64,000 nucleotides of DNA from an uncultured bacterium (lineage in GTDB: Bacteria > Verrucomicrobiota > Kiritimatiellia > CAIKKV01 > CAITUY01). The DNA lies in NCBI GenBank assembly GCA_903958395.1, contig CAJBSZ010000437.1, positions 444-64,443 of the forward strand. The letters are read 5' to 3'. The notes beneath the pieces were generated by a model. That model had not been told where the DNA came from, did not search any database, and saw nothing but the letters and a program-made list of their open reading frames with translations. Positions 55,323 through 63,798 of this stretch are shown here, piece after piece. The position numbers and the translations under genes were made by a program. The first letter of the stretch is position 1, and each line of letters opens with the position of its first letter.

Positions 55323-57230
55323 TCATTTCGTTGCCTTGGCGTAGGCCATGACGGCACGGAGGAATTCGGTTGTCGCCCAGAGTTCCGGGGTGACAGGGGA
55401 AAGATAAACGCGATGGAAGCCGCGCTGGCCAAGATGCTGCACGCTGAAGTGTTCGGGGATGAGGTTGGAATCAGCCGGTGTATTGTCAATCACCCACCGG
55501 ATACAGGCGGCTGCCTCACCCAATTCGCCACGCAGGATGTATAGGCGCGCCAGCCAACTGGTGTAGGTGACCCAGGGTCCGCCATAGGGATGCTCATCCG
55601 AAGGCTGTAGTGCTAGGGGGTAACGATAGAGGCCGCCCATTTGAGGATCCCAGAGAACCTTGCGAACATGGGCGATGGTGTTCGTGACGATCGGATCGTT
55701 GGGTTCGAGGAGTCCGAAAAGAGCGGGCGTGAGCATGGCGATTCCGGCGGTGCTATCCTGTTTGCCCTGGTAGATGCGTTTGACGAAGATCCCGGTGTCG
55801 GGAGTCACCATGGTTTTCAGGATGTTGCGACGGAGGGCATCCGCGGCCTCCTGGTAGCGCTTTTGCTCGGCGGGGCAGTTCAGGGCCCCCGCCAGTACGG
55901 CGGCGTCGGCAAGGCCGCGCCAGGACATGGTATTCACATAGATCTCGTAACCCCGGCTGATCGCGACGAACTCATGGATGGAGCGTTCGGAATAGACGAG
56001 CCCGTTCTTAGGATCGGCCAACCCCACCAATTTATCCGCGAAGGCGAAGAGTCCGGCTTTGTGTTTTTTCACAAGGTCGAGGTCGCCGGTCATGTCGAAA
56101 CGTTCCCGGAAGATGTGCAGGATTGTACCCAGGGCATCATTTTCATCGGCGGAACAGAACCGCTGGTCGCCGAGTTTGTAATTCATGTAGTAGTCATAGC
56201 CACCCCGTGCCTCGTCGTGGCAGCCAAGTTCATCACGAATCGACAGGATGTAACAACTGTTCCGGATCTGGCCGCGGTTGTGATAGGTGGTGACGCCACC
56301 CATCGGGGTGCCGTCGGGAAGCATCATGGCGGCAAGCACCATGCGGGCACGGCGCTCCAGGGCGGGCAGACGCGGGCCGAATTCGGGGAGGGCAGGGATG
56401 GCGTTCGAGCGCTGGAGATGGCCCGCCCAGAAGGCGCGGGTCTGGTCCCATGCCGAGCCAACGGACTTGAGGAAGTCGCGATGTCCGGCGACGGCAGCGG
56501 CCTGGGTTGCCGCCCACCCGAGGTTAATCTCCACGGTGCGTTCCTCGCCGGGTTTCATGTCAGGCCAGTTCAGTGCCAACGCAGCATTCAAAACCACGTT
56601 TTGTACTTTCGCCTGGCCGGAAAGCGTCAGATCCTCGAGATCGTAGTAGACGTCGGAATGTCCGCAGACTTCCCCGACCTGAAATTCGTCGGCAGGCTGG
56701 GTAAATCCGAACGACAGGACATTGCCCTTCTGGTCTTCGATGATGACGCAGCCGGGATCAGGGTGATAGCTGGCCTCACGGCAAGCGCCTTTCTTGTGGG
56801 GAACCGGGGAGCCGAGCTGGGGGTAGAGAATGGCGAACAGTTTCACATCCCGGGTTTTTTCGGCAAGGTTCCGTACACGCACCTTCTGGATGACCGTGTG
56901 GCGGCCGGGCGGGCAGAAATAGAGGTCCTCGATATCCAGCGATTCAGCCTGCCAACGGATCCGCACGGCGTGGGTGTTTTCATCGTAACCGCGCTCGATC
57001 ACTGTCGTTCGGTCGGTATGGTCATAGGATTCCGCCAGTCGTCCGTCTACCGCAATGGCCACTCGGGTAGATTGGATGAGGGTGGGGGAATCCTTGTCCG
57101 GGGCGTAAAAGGCCATCAGTCCCATATTATGGTCGGTGGTCAATTGGCCGCCGCCAATGGCCGCCATGATTTGCTCATTGGCGACAAAGAAGCTTTCGGT
57201 GGGGATGGTGCTGTTCGGAGTCGTGTTCAT
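55323..57230 (-). CDS. GH15-like six-hairpin glycosidase (glucoamylase/glucodextranase superfamily)
   Basis: N-terminal beta-rich region followed by an (alpha/alpha)6-like C-terminus. Motifs: YSERSIHEF, GGLYRYP, GGPWVTYTSWLA and LIPEHF. Confidence 0.55.
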   Translation of the reverse strand: MNTTPNSTIPTESFFVANEQIMAAIGGGQLTTDHNMGLMAFYAPDKDSPTLIQSTRVAIAVDGRLAESYDHTDRTTVIERGYDENTHAVRIRWQAESLDIEDLYFCPPGRHTVIQKVRVRNLAEKTRDVKLFAILYPQLGSPVPHKKGACREASYHPDPGCVIIEDQKGNVLSFGFTQPADEFQVGEVCGHSDVYYDLEDLTLSGQAKVQNVVLNAALALNWPDMKPGEERTVEINLGWAATQAAAVAGHRDFLKSVGSAWDQTRAFWAGHLQRSNAIPALPEFGPRLPALERRARMVLAAMMLPDGTPMGGVTTYHNRGQIRNSCYILSIRDELGCHDEARGGYDYYMNYKLGDQRFCSADENDALGTILHIFRERFDMTGDLDLVKKHKAGLFAFADKLVGLADPKNGLVYSERSIHEFVAISRGYEIYVNTMSWRGLADAAVLAGALNCPAEQKRYQEAADALRRNILKTMVTPDTGIFVKRIYQGKQDSTAGIAMLTPALFGLLEPNDPIVTNTIAHVRKVLWDPQMGGLYRYPLALQPSDEHPYGGPWVTYTSWLARLYILRGELGEAAACIRWVIDNTPADSNLIPEHFSVQHLGQRGFHRVYLSPVTPELWATTEFLRAVMAYAKATK

Positions 57231-57257
57231 GGGTGCCTTATGCAGAATTAATTCAGT

Positions 57258-59558
57258 TTATGCCAGTTCAATCCAAAGTGAATCGGAATCAAAGCCGCTC
57301 GGGGGGAGCAGGTCGTTGCCGCCTTCCCGGGACAGGGCGGCGGCGGTGGTGTCCTGCCGCTTATTGGAGCGCCCGTTGAGATAGGCTCGACCGCTACATC
57401 CCTCGATCAGGAAAGGCTGACAACCGAACCGGAATCCGGGTCGGATGGCCTTCAACAGCCCCCCCTCAGGCTGATACTCGGGAGCCAGGTAGGTGGCGAG
57501 ATCCTGCCAGGGGATCATGGCTTCGATGCGGCGTTCCCCTGGGCCTTCTGAGGTGGTGACCACGGCAGCGGGGCGGGGACTGGTGAGGGTTCGGTTGTTG
57601 AGTTGGCAGCAATACAGATCCGAGCGGCCGACTCGGCTGAACCCCAGCCAGGGTGTGAACCCCCCTTTTTCACAGGTTCCATGGCCATCAAAATCCATCC
57701 AGAAAGCGACCCCGTCCACGCTATCAAACTCCCCGGCCCCGTAACAACGTCCGTCATGGGATTCGTAGGGTTTGGCGGGCGGATTCACTTCCTCGATACG
57801 AAGTTGGAGCCCGGTGTTATTCCACGCCCAGCGATACCGGACCTTGCATCGACCCTGGCTCCAGCGGGAAAGATCGTGGTCGACGGGGGCAGAGTACAGG
57901 GCTGTTCCATTGAAATACGGCGCCTGGATCACAAGGGGGGCTTGGCTTGTCGCGGGACGATCGGGTGATGCCCGGGATGCAGTGGTTAGGGGCCGGGGTT
58001 TGCCTGCTTCGGGGCCTGCCTGCTTGGCCAGATGGATCATGTCCTCCAGTGACACAATCGTGAATGCGTCTGGGGGAAGGTGGTCTGAGAGGGCTTTGAA
58101 TTCAGCTGGCGACCCGCCGTAAACGGGGATGAAGAAAGGGGGCTCATGGGTCTTCGCAATTTCACGGATGCGTTCTGCCGCCGCTTGAATGGGATCCCGG
58201 CCCTCTGCGCGGAACCACCAGTAGAAGAGCGACCAGTCCACCCCGATCACAGGTTGGCCACTGCGGGTCCACTTCAGGTCGGCCTGTTGCGCGGCTTCGA
58301 ACGCGTAGCCGTCGCACCCTCGTTGGGTTAGCCAGCGGTCGGTAGCGTCGTCGAGGATCCCATTGGTGGCGTCAATCATGTTATGGACGGAATAGATGGA
58401 GCCAACCCGGAGGTCGGCGAGCGTGTTCTTTTCCGTTTCCTGACGCGCTAAAAGTTCAGTCGCCTTGCTGAGTTTGGGGTTATAATAGCCGTAACCAGTG
58501 ATAGCTGAGTAAAATTGATCGTTCTCGGTCATGGTGCTGTAGAACAGTTCCATCAGGCCGGGATAATTTTCAACAAGCCAGGCGTTGATACCCCAGTTGA
58601 TGGGGAGTTGGCCCCGCTGGGGTTGAAGCCATTGGCCATGCCCCATGACGGAGCCCATCCACTTGAGTGTGTCGCCTTCATTGACCAGGAAGGACACATA
58701 GTATTTCTTTTCCAGCGTCGGCGGGCAGGAGGCTCGCTTCTGTTTGAACGGGAGGGCAGCTGTGGGCTTGATCTGGCCGTGGAAGGAGATGTTGGGGGTG
58801 TGGGTGCAAACCAGGAAGCTGCCCGATTTGGCCATGGCGAGCATCATGGTGGCTTCGCTTGTGCCCCAACCGTAGATGGGGCTGCCGGGCTCCAGATGGC
58901 ACATGACCTCCTCGGCAAGGGCAAACTCCCCGGGACTTCGCGCACAGTTGAGGTCCAGGTTGAAGACGAACATGCGTTTTTCAATGGCGACGTCGAAGGA
59001 GAAGTAATCGGGATCACCTTCGTTCATTGTGCGTGTCTGGGAAAACATGGCATGGCGGTTGCATTCCGGGAGCAATGTCCGGGCCGCCCAGCGCTGGCCC
59101 TCAAGGGCATCGGGAAAACGCCCCCGCAGGTCTTCGACCACCGGCAGGGCGGCGAACGCGGGGCAGTCGCGCAGGAGGTCATCCGTGACCGGGATGGCGT
59201 TGCGCAGGCCGGCCAGGGTTATCGCTACGGTGAGTTCGGACCGTTGGTCCAGGGTGAAGCGGATGACGCCCGCGACGTCCGGTTGCACTTTCCCCAGAAG
59301 GGCTTCAAGGTTTGGGACTGGTGTGAACTCAAGTGAATGGGTTTTGGAGTAGTAATCGAGCCAGATGTCCGAGCAACCGCGCAGGGCTTCCGTCTGAAGA
59401 GCGGGATTCAGCGTCATGGCCCAATGCCGGTTGGTGACATGCAGGTACACCTGAGGGCCACTCCGGTTGGCCAGGCCTTGCAGGGCGGTGGCGGCCACGA
59501 GATGACTTTCGGGTACCGTTTCAACGTTCAACAACCAGACTGATCGCATAGAGCTCAT
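57258..59558 (-). CDS. GxGYxYP-family putative glycoside hydrolase with a C-terminal beta-sandwich (CBM9-like) domain
   Basis: ALQGLANRSGPQVYL N-terminal motif and ITGYGYYNP (GxGYxxP). Start moved to ATG 59556-59558 because the track extension (to 59708) runs through a non-coding repeat/operator region. Confidence 0.6.
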   Translation of the reverse strand: MSSMRSVWLLNVETVPESHLVAATALQGLANRSGPQVYLHVTNRHWAMTLNPALQTEALRGCSDIWLDYYSKTHSLEFTPVPNLEALLGKVQPDVAGVIRFTLDQRSELTVAITLAGLRNAIPVTDDLLRDCPAFAALPVVEDLRGRFPDALEGQRWAARTLLPECNRHAMFSQTRTMNEGDPDYFSFDVAIEKRMFVFNLDLNCARSPGEFALAEEVMCHLEPGSPIYGWGTSEATMMLAMAKSGSFLVCTHTPNISFHGQIKPTAALPFKQKRASCPPTLEKKYYVSFLVNEGDTLKWMGSVMGHGQWLQPQRGQLPINWGINAWLVENYPGLMELFYSTMTENDQFYSAITGYGYYNPKLSKATELLARQETEKNTLADLRVGSIYSVHNMIDATNGILDDATDRWLTQRGCDGYAFEAAQQADLKWTRSGQPVIGVDWSLFYWWFRAEGRDPIQAAAERIREIAKTHEPPFFIPVYGGSPAEFKALSDHLPPDAFTIVSLEDMIHLAKQAGPEAGKPRPLTTASRASPDRPATSQAPLVIQAPYFNGTALYSAPVDHDLSRWSQGRCKVRYRWAWNNTGLQLRIEEVNPPAKPYESHDGRCYGAGEFDSVDGVAFWMDFDGHGTCEKGGFTPWLGFSRVGRSDLYCCQLNNRTLTSPRPAAVVTTSEGPGERRIEAMIPWQDLATYLAPEYQPEGGLLKAIRPGFRFGCQPFLIEGCSGRAYLNGRSNKRQDTTAAALSREGGNDLLPPSGFDSDSLWIELA

Positions 59559-59570
59559 AGGATGAGATTG

Positions 59571-59637
59571 ACTATAGGGCGAAACACCCCTGCGTGTGAA
59601 GGGTTGAGCGTGCATTTCATATGCAACTCCGTGCAGG
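59571..59637 (-). promoter_or_regulatory. Operator/promoter module S2 upstream of the GxGYxYP operon
   Basis: On the minus strand: TGCACG (59635-59630), N15, TGCACG (59614-59609), N8, TTCACA (59600-59595), 18 nt, TATAGT (59576-59571). Confidence 0.45.
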
Positions 59638-59647
59638 CCCCATCCCC

Positions 59648-59802
59648 TTGTAGGGCAGGCTTCCCCGGCGAAAGCCGGCGAGCCTGCGTCCTCCTTTTCG
59701 CGCCACAAGCTCCCTCCCGTTGGTCGGGAAGCTTGTCCTACAACGTTTCCCTTGTGGGGCGGGCTTTCCAGACTCGAAGAGGTCGGGAAACCTGGCCTGC
59801 AC
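59648..59802. repeat. Four roughly 19-bp repeats in alternating orientation (BIME/REP-like), enclosing a GAAA-tetraloop hairpin
   Basis: U1 is TTGTAGGGCAGGCTTCCCC (59648-59666). U2 (rc) is TTGTAGGACAAGCTTCCCG (59725-59743). U3 is TTGTGGGGCGGGCTTTCC (59752-59769). U4 (rc) is GTGCAGGCCAGGTTTCCCG (59784-59802). The hairpin is at 59656-59686. Confidence 0.5.
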
Positions 59803-59857
59803 GGGAATGGTCAGGTAGGGCTTGCTAAACGCCGGAATGAAATGATAGGGAAGCACC

Positions 59858-61015
59858 ATGAGTGGATCTGCAAAAGTTCGCCGCCCGACCGTATTGCTTG
59901 CCTTGGGGTGGTACGTCCATGAAATCGTGATGGGTGTGACCCGATATGCGAGAGAGGCTGGCTGGATTCTTTATGATGCGCCCTCCCATACCAGGGTCAT
60001 GGCACCTGCTGGTAAGTGCGATGGAATTATCACCCTGCTCCCCAGCCGGCGGCACAAGGAGATGATCGATTTTTGTCTGGCGACCAAGCTGCCTGTGGTG
60101 GACCTGAGTGATCAGTTGCCGGATCTTCCCTTCCCCCGGGTACTGCCTGACAATCAAGCCATAGGGAGAATGGCCGCCGAGCATCTGCTGGCCCGGGGTT
60201 TCCTGAACTTCGCTTTCCTGGAGGTTGATCCTTCGGCGCCTGTGGTTAGTGAGCGGAAAGCTGGATTTCAGGCGGCCGTTAAGGAAGCCAAGCGTAAGTT
60301 TCACGAGTTGGATGCTTCCGTACAGGCAAAGAGTGGGGAAATGAGCAAAGTGGTGTCATGGCTGGTGCCGCGTTTGAAGAAGCTCCCTAAACCTTTGGCG
60401 ATCATGGCTCAGCATGATGGGGAAGCCATCATCATCCTGCAAGCCTGTCAGGAAGCCGGGGTGCGTATTCCCGATGAAGTGGCGGTAATCGGGGTGGATA
60501 ACGATCCCATATACTGTGAACTGGGCTTGCTGCCGCTCAGCAGTGTGGACAGCAATCGGGAGATGTTGGGGTATCGTGCGGCTGATCTTCTCAATACCCT
60601 CATGGAGGGCGGAAAGGTGCCAGCCTTGCCGATTAGGGTTCAGCCAACGGGTGTCGTTATGCGGAAAAGCACGGAGGTGATGGCGATGGCCGATCCCCAG
60701 GTGAGCCGCGCTCTGCGTTTTATCAACGAGAATTTTCACAAGAGCATAGGGGTCGATGATGTTGTCGCCGTTTCAGCCAGTTCACGACGCAATCTCTACA
60801 ACAAGTTCGCTCGCGAAGTGGGACGCTCCATTAATCAAGAGCTGTCACGCCAACGCATCGCCCACGTCAAGCGGCTACTGCTCAAGTCCGGGGAGAAGCT
60901 CGATTCAATCGCCCTTGAGTCGGGTTTTGACGGGGCGGAAGGCCTGATCAAGAGCTTCAAGTATCATGAGGGGATCAGTCCCACCGAGTTTCGCGAACGC
61001 AATCGGCCTTCCTGA
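59858..61015 (+). CDS. XylR-type regulator (LacI-like sugar-binding domain fused to an AraC-type HTH)
   Basis: The N-terminal 270 aa resemble a periplasmic-binding-protein fold. The C-terminus FINENFHKSIGVDDVV...ESGFDGAEGLIKSFKYHEGISPTEFR is an AraC-family HTH. Confidence 0.8.
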   Translation: MSGSAKVRRPTVLLALGWYVHEIVMGVTRYAREAGWILYDAPSHTRVMAPAGKCDGIITLLPSRRHKEMIDFCLATKLPVVDLSDQLPDLPFPRVLPDNQAIGRMAAEHLLARGFLNFAFLEVDPSAPVVSERKAGFQAAVKEAKRKFHELDASVQAKSGEMSKVVSWLVPRLKKLPKPLAIMAQHDGEAIIILQACQEAGVRIPDEVAVIGVDNDPIYCELGLLPLSSVDSNREMLGYRAADLLNTLMEGGKVPALPIRVQPTGVVMRKSTEVMAMADPQVSRALRFINENFHKSIGVDDVVAVSASSRRNLYNKFAREVGRSINQELSRQRIAHVKRLLLKSGEKLDSIALESGFDGAEGLIKSFKYHEGISPTEFRERNRPS

Positions 61016-61030
61016 TTTACGCTCTGCTGC

Positions 61031-61097
61031 CTTGCACGGAGTTTCCTTCGATTTGCACGCCGTGCCATTTACATGAGGGGGGCCTGTGATCTATCGT
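61031..61097 (+). promoter_or_regulatory. Operator/promoter module S1 upstream of the first URO-D-like gene
   Basis: TGCACG (61033-61038), N15, TGCACG (61054-61059), N8, TTTACA (61068-61073), 18 nt, TATCGT (61092-61097). AGGAAAGGA RBS precedes the ATG at 61117. Confidence 0.45.
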
Positions 61098-61116
61098 TAG
61101 AGGAAAGGATTATCTT

Positions 61117-62097
61117 ATGACTTCACGTGACATTGTGATGGCGAACCTGGAACGACGTGATCCGCCGCGGCCGGGGATGTGTTTTGGCGGCAGGCGGTTG
61201 AACGACTTTTCGGTCTTCTGGCCGGCGGCGGAGGGATTCTTTTCGCCGAAGCGCTGGGTTGAGGGGGATCAGGAATTCTACACCGATGAGTGGGGCAACA
61301 TCTGGGTTCGCATGGTTGGCGGTTGCGAAAAGGGTGAAATTCATATTCCCGTGCTCGCGAATTGGGATGCACGGGATTCCATGAAATGGCCCGAGGGGGA
61401 GAGTCCGCGTTTAAGTCAAATGATGCGGGAGTATTTCGCGCCGAATCTGGATCAATTCAAGTTGCTCGGATTCGGGGGCTTTTGGGTTTTTGAGGCGGCC
61501 CGCTATCTCCGCAAGATGGATGCCTATTTCCTGGACATGGCATTGGAGCCCGACAAACTGCACCAGCTCCATGCCCGGATCGGCGAGGTTTGTGCCGGAC
61601 GCATCCGCGCTGCCGCCCAGGGCGGGGCGGATGGGATCTTTATCTTTGAGGATCTCGGCACCCAGAAGGGGCTGCTGTTCAGTCCCGATATGTTCAGGGA
61701 CTATTTTAAGCCCCTCTACACCGAGCTGATGGGGCTGGCTCATAGGTTGGGGCTCAAGGTCATCATGCATTCCTGCGGCTACAACTGGGAGATTCTGGAT
61801 GATCTCATGGATTGCGGGGTGGACTGTTTCCAGTTCGATCAGCCTGCGCTTTATGACATGGAGGCCCTTGCGGCCAAGCTGCGTGCCCGGAAGGTGGCGC
61901 TCTTTGCACCCGTCGACATCCAGAAGGTCATGCCAACTGGAAACCGGGCGCTCATCGAGGCTGAGACCGAGCGAATGATCCGGCTCTTTAAAGGCGGGCT
62001 CATGCTGAAGAACTACGGCGATCTTCCCGGTATCGGCGTCCGCTCCGAATGGGATCAGTGGGCCTACGAGAAGATGCTCGCCGTGCTTGGGATCTAA
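61117..62097 (+). CDS. Uroporphyrinogen decarboxylase (URO-D)-like TIM-barrel protein A
   Basis: 326 aa. FEDLGTQKGLLFSPDMFRDYFKP...IMHSCGYNWEILDDL resembles the URO-D/MtaA family core. Confidence 0.65.
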   Translation: MTSRDIVMANLERRDPPRPGMCFGGRRLNDFSVFWPAAEGFFSPKRWVEGDQEFYTDEWGNIWVRMVGGCEKGEIHIPVLANWDARDSMKWPEGESPRLSQMMREYFAPNLDQFKLLGFGGFWVFEAARYLRKMDAYFLDMALEPDKLHQLHARIGEVCAGRIRAAAQGGADGIFIFEDLGTQKGLLFSPDMFRDYFKPLYTELMGLAHRLGLKVIMHSCGYNWEILDDLMDCGVDCFQFDQPALYDMEALAAKLRARKVALFAPVDIQKVMPTGNRALIEAETERMIRLFKGGLMLKNYGDLPGIGVRSEWDQWAYEKMLAVLGI

Positions 62098-62117
62098 CGG
62101 ATGAGTGGATTGCCCCT

Positions 62118-62309
62118 CTATTTCTTTAGCTCGATATTGATCGAGTTGGCGTCAAAGCCGTTGGGCAGTTTGTTGGTTTCGTAATCCAGAAATCCCTGCC
62201 CGGTGCCGCCCTCCACGAGCAGGGGTTGACAGCCGAACGTGAAGCCGGGGCGAATGGCCTGAACCAGGCCGTTTGATGGCATCGCGCGGATCTCCATGAG
62301 CTTGTTCAA
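62118..62309 (-). pseudogene. C-terminal remnant of a GxGYxYP-family paralog
   Basis: ...NGLVQAIRPGFTFGCQPLLVEGGTGQGFL aligns with ...GGLLKAIRPGFRFGCQPFLIEGCSGRAYL at the end of the 57258-59558 gene. The frame is closed by a TGA at 62316-62318, and the track start is TTG. Confidence 0.55.
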
Positions 62310-62404
62310 GTCTGCTCAGGAAATCCGTGCCTTGATCATGCGTTGCCCCAGCGGGGTTGAGGGATTAAGGTGATGACAAAACGGATTGTGTGAGGGAGAG
62401 AGAT

Positions 62405-63550
62405 ATGAATAGTCGGGAACGGTTGTTGACAACGTTGCGGGGGCAGATGGCCGATCGGGTGCCGGTGGCGCCTTTTGTCCAGGAGGAATATCTTTCGTTT
62501 TATTATCCCTCGAAAAGCAGTGTGGACCGGGTTGTTGACGCGACCCGTCTGGCTGAGGAATTGGATTTCGACCTGATGGCCAAGCCCCGTACATTGGAGA
62601 TGCCTCATTTCTTCCGCCGCAGTTATGCCAATTGGGAATTACGCCGGGCAGAGGCCCGGGAGGGCAAAATGATTCGGCGCCGTCTTGAGATCGTGACGCC
62701 GGCGCGGACGCTCTCACAGGATGAACTTGGGCCTGAAAGCGGTGCCTCAACAACGGGTGTGCGCTTCATGGCGGTGTCACCCCTGCTGAAGGATGCCGAT
62801 GATGTGGAGGCGTTTCTCAAGTACCTGCCCCGGCTGGATGATAAGGATCGCGTTTGGATGAATGAGACTGCCGCTGGCTGGAGCTGCGTCCTCGGGGAGC
62901 GTGGAGTTCTTGCTCCGTGGGGGTTTGCAGGCGTTTTTAATTTCGCGGCCGATCTGTGTGGGCTGGATAACTTCTATGTGATGCCCTATGAGGATGAGGC
63001 ACGCTACAATGCCCTGATGGAGGGGGTATCCACGGCCATGTGTGATTATACCGCCGCTCTGGCGGAATCTTCTGTTGACTGTATCGGCATTCAAGGTCAC
63101 ATGGCTGGTGGCTCCACGACGGGATCGGAATTTTTCCGCCAGTATGTGCAACCCCACGAACACCGGGTCATCGAGGGGATCCATGCCGCGGGTAAATTCA
63201 GTGTCTATCATAACTGCGGGTGCGCAAAATCCCTTTATTCGAACTATCGCGAACTGGGCATGACGGTGTGGGAGACGGTGTCCGAGCCGCCCCGGGGCGA
63301 TAATCTGCTTGCCGACGCCAAAGCCGCTCTGGGCGATCGGATATGTCTGCTTGGTAACCTAGATCAGGTCGATTTTCTTAAGCGCGCGACGCCCGCAGAA
63401 GTGTCCTCGAAAACACGGGAGATTGTTTTGGAAGGCAAGTCTGGCGGGAGATTTATATTTTCGACATCGGATTATCTCGAGACTAATACCCCGATAGTCA
63501 ATGTGGTGGCCATGATTGGCGCCGCGAAGGAAGCCGGTCGCTATACCTGA
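62405..63550 (+). CDS. Uroporphyrinogen decarboxylase (URO-D)-like TIM-barrel protein B
   Basis: N-terminal RERLLTTLRGQMADRVPVAPF is typical of the URO-D/MtaA family, as is YHNCGCAKSLY...GNLDQV. ATG follows GGGAGAG. Confidence 0.65.
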   Translation: MNSRERLLTTLRGQMADRVPVAPFVQEEYLSFYYPSKSSVDRVVDATRLAEELDFDLMAKPRTLEMPHFFRRSYANWELRRAEAREGKMIRRRLEIVTPARTLSQDELGPESGASTTGVRFMAVSPLLKDADDVEAFLKYLPRLDDKDRVWMNETAAGWSCVLGERGVLAPWGFAGVFNFAADLCGLDNFYVMPYEDEARYNALMEGVSTAMCDYTAALAESSVDCIGIQGHMAGGSTTGSEFFRQYVQPHEHRVIEGIHAAGKFSVYHNCGCAKSLYSNYRELGMTVWETVSEPPRGDNLLADAKAALGDRICLLGNLDQVDFLKRATPAEVSSKTREIVLEGKSGGRFIFSTSDYLETNTPIVNVVAMIGAAKEAGRYT

Positions 63551-63591
63551 TCAACGAGTAGGTGTCACCCATCACAAAGAAGAGAGGAAAT

Positions 63592-63640
63592 ATGCCCGCA
63601 TTGGCGGATGAATTGCACGCTACGGCGTTCACACCCCGTT
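63592..63640 (+). promoter_or_regulatory. Operator/promoter module S3 (third, more degenerate copy)
   Basis: TGCCCG (63593-63598), N15, TGCACG (63614-63619), N8, TTCACA (63628-63633). Same geometry as S1 and S2, but no clear -10 element. Confidence 0.35.
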
Positions 63641-63726
63641 CGGATTATGGCAGACTATGTACATCAGTAGGTTGGGGGCTCCAGGTTTGAGGCCAGTTTA
63701 GACTGTTCGGTTAAGGGCGGACTATC

Positions 63727-63798
63727 ATGAAAGCAAACACTGGGTTGGCTTTGATTGTGCCGTTCATCTTGATGGGGGCGGGCTCGAACGCCTGGGCG
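63727..63798 (+). pseudogene. Orphan signal-peptide-coding stub (5' end of a lost secreted-protein gene)
   Basis: MKANTGLALIVPFILMGAGSNAWA ends exactly where homology to the inverted GxGYxYP paralog begins (about 63799). The rest of track ORF 63727-63951 is antisense to that fragment. Confidence 0.35.

Noticed and set aside
55641-57251. 536-aa plus-strand ORF
   Set aside because: It is antisense to the GH15-like gene. It has no motifs and a shadow-frame composition.
59559-59708. N-terminal extension of the 816-aa track ORF (TTG start at 59708)
   Set aside because: The extension runs through the S2 operator module and repeat U1. The homologous S1 copy has an in-frame stop, so this sequence is conserved as DNA rather than as protein. 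I start the gene at the ATG at 59558.
63592-63690. 32-codon ORF (MPALADELHATAFTPRSDYG...) with a purine-rich upstream stretch
   Set aside because: Its similarity to the region upstream of the GxGYxYP gene is explained by the shared operator module. The S1 copy is interrupted by a stop in the equivalent frame.
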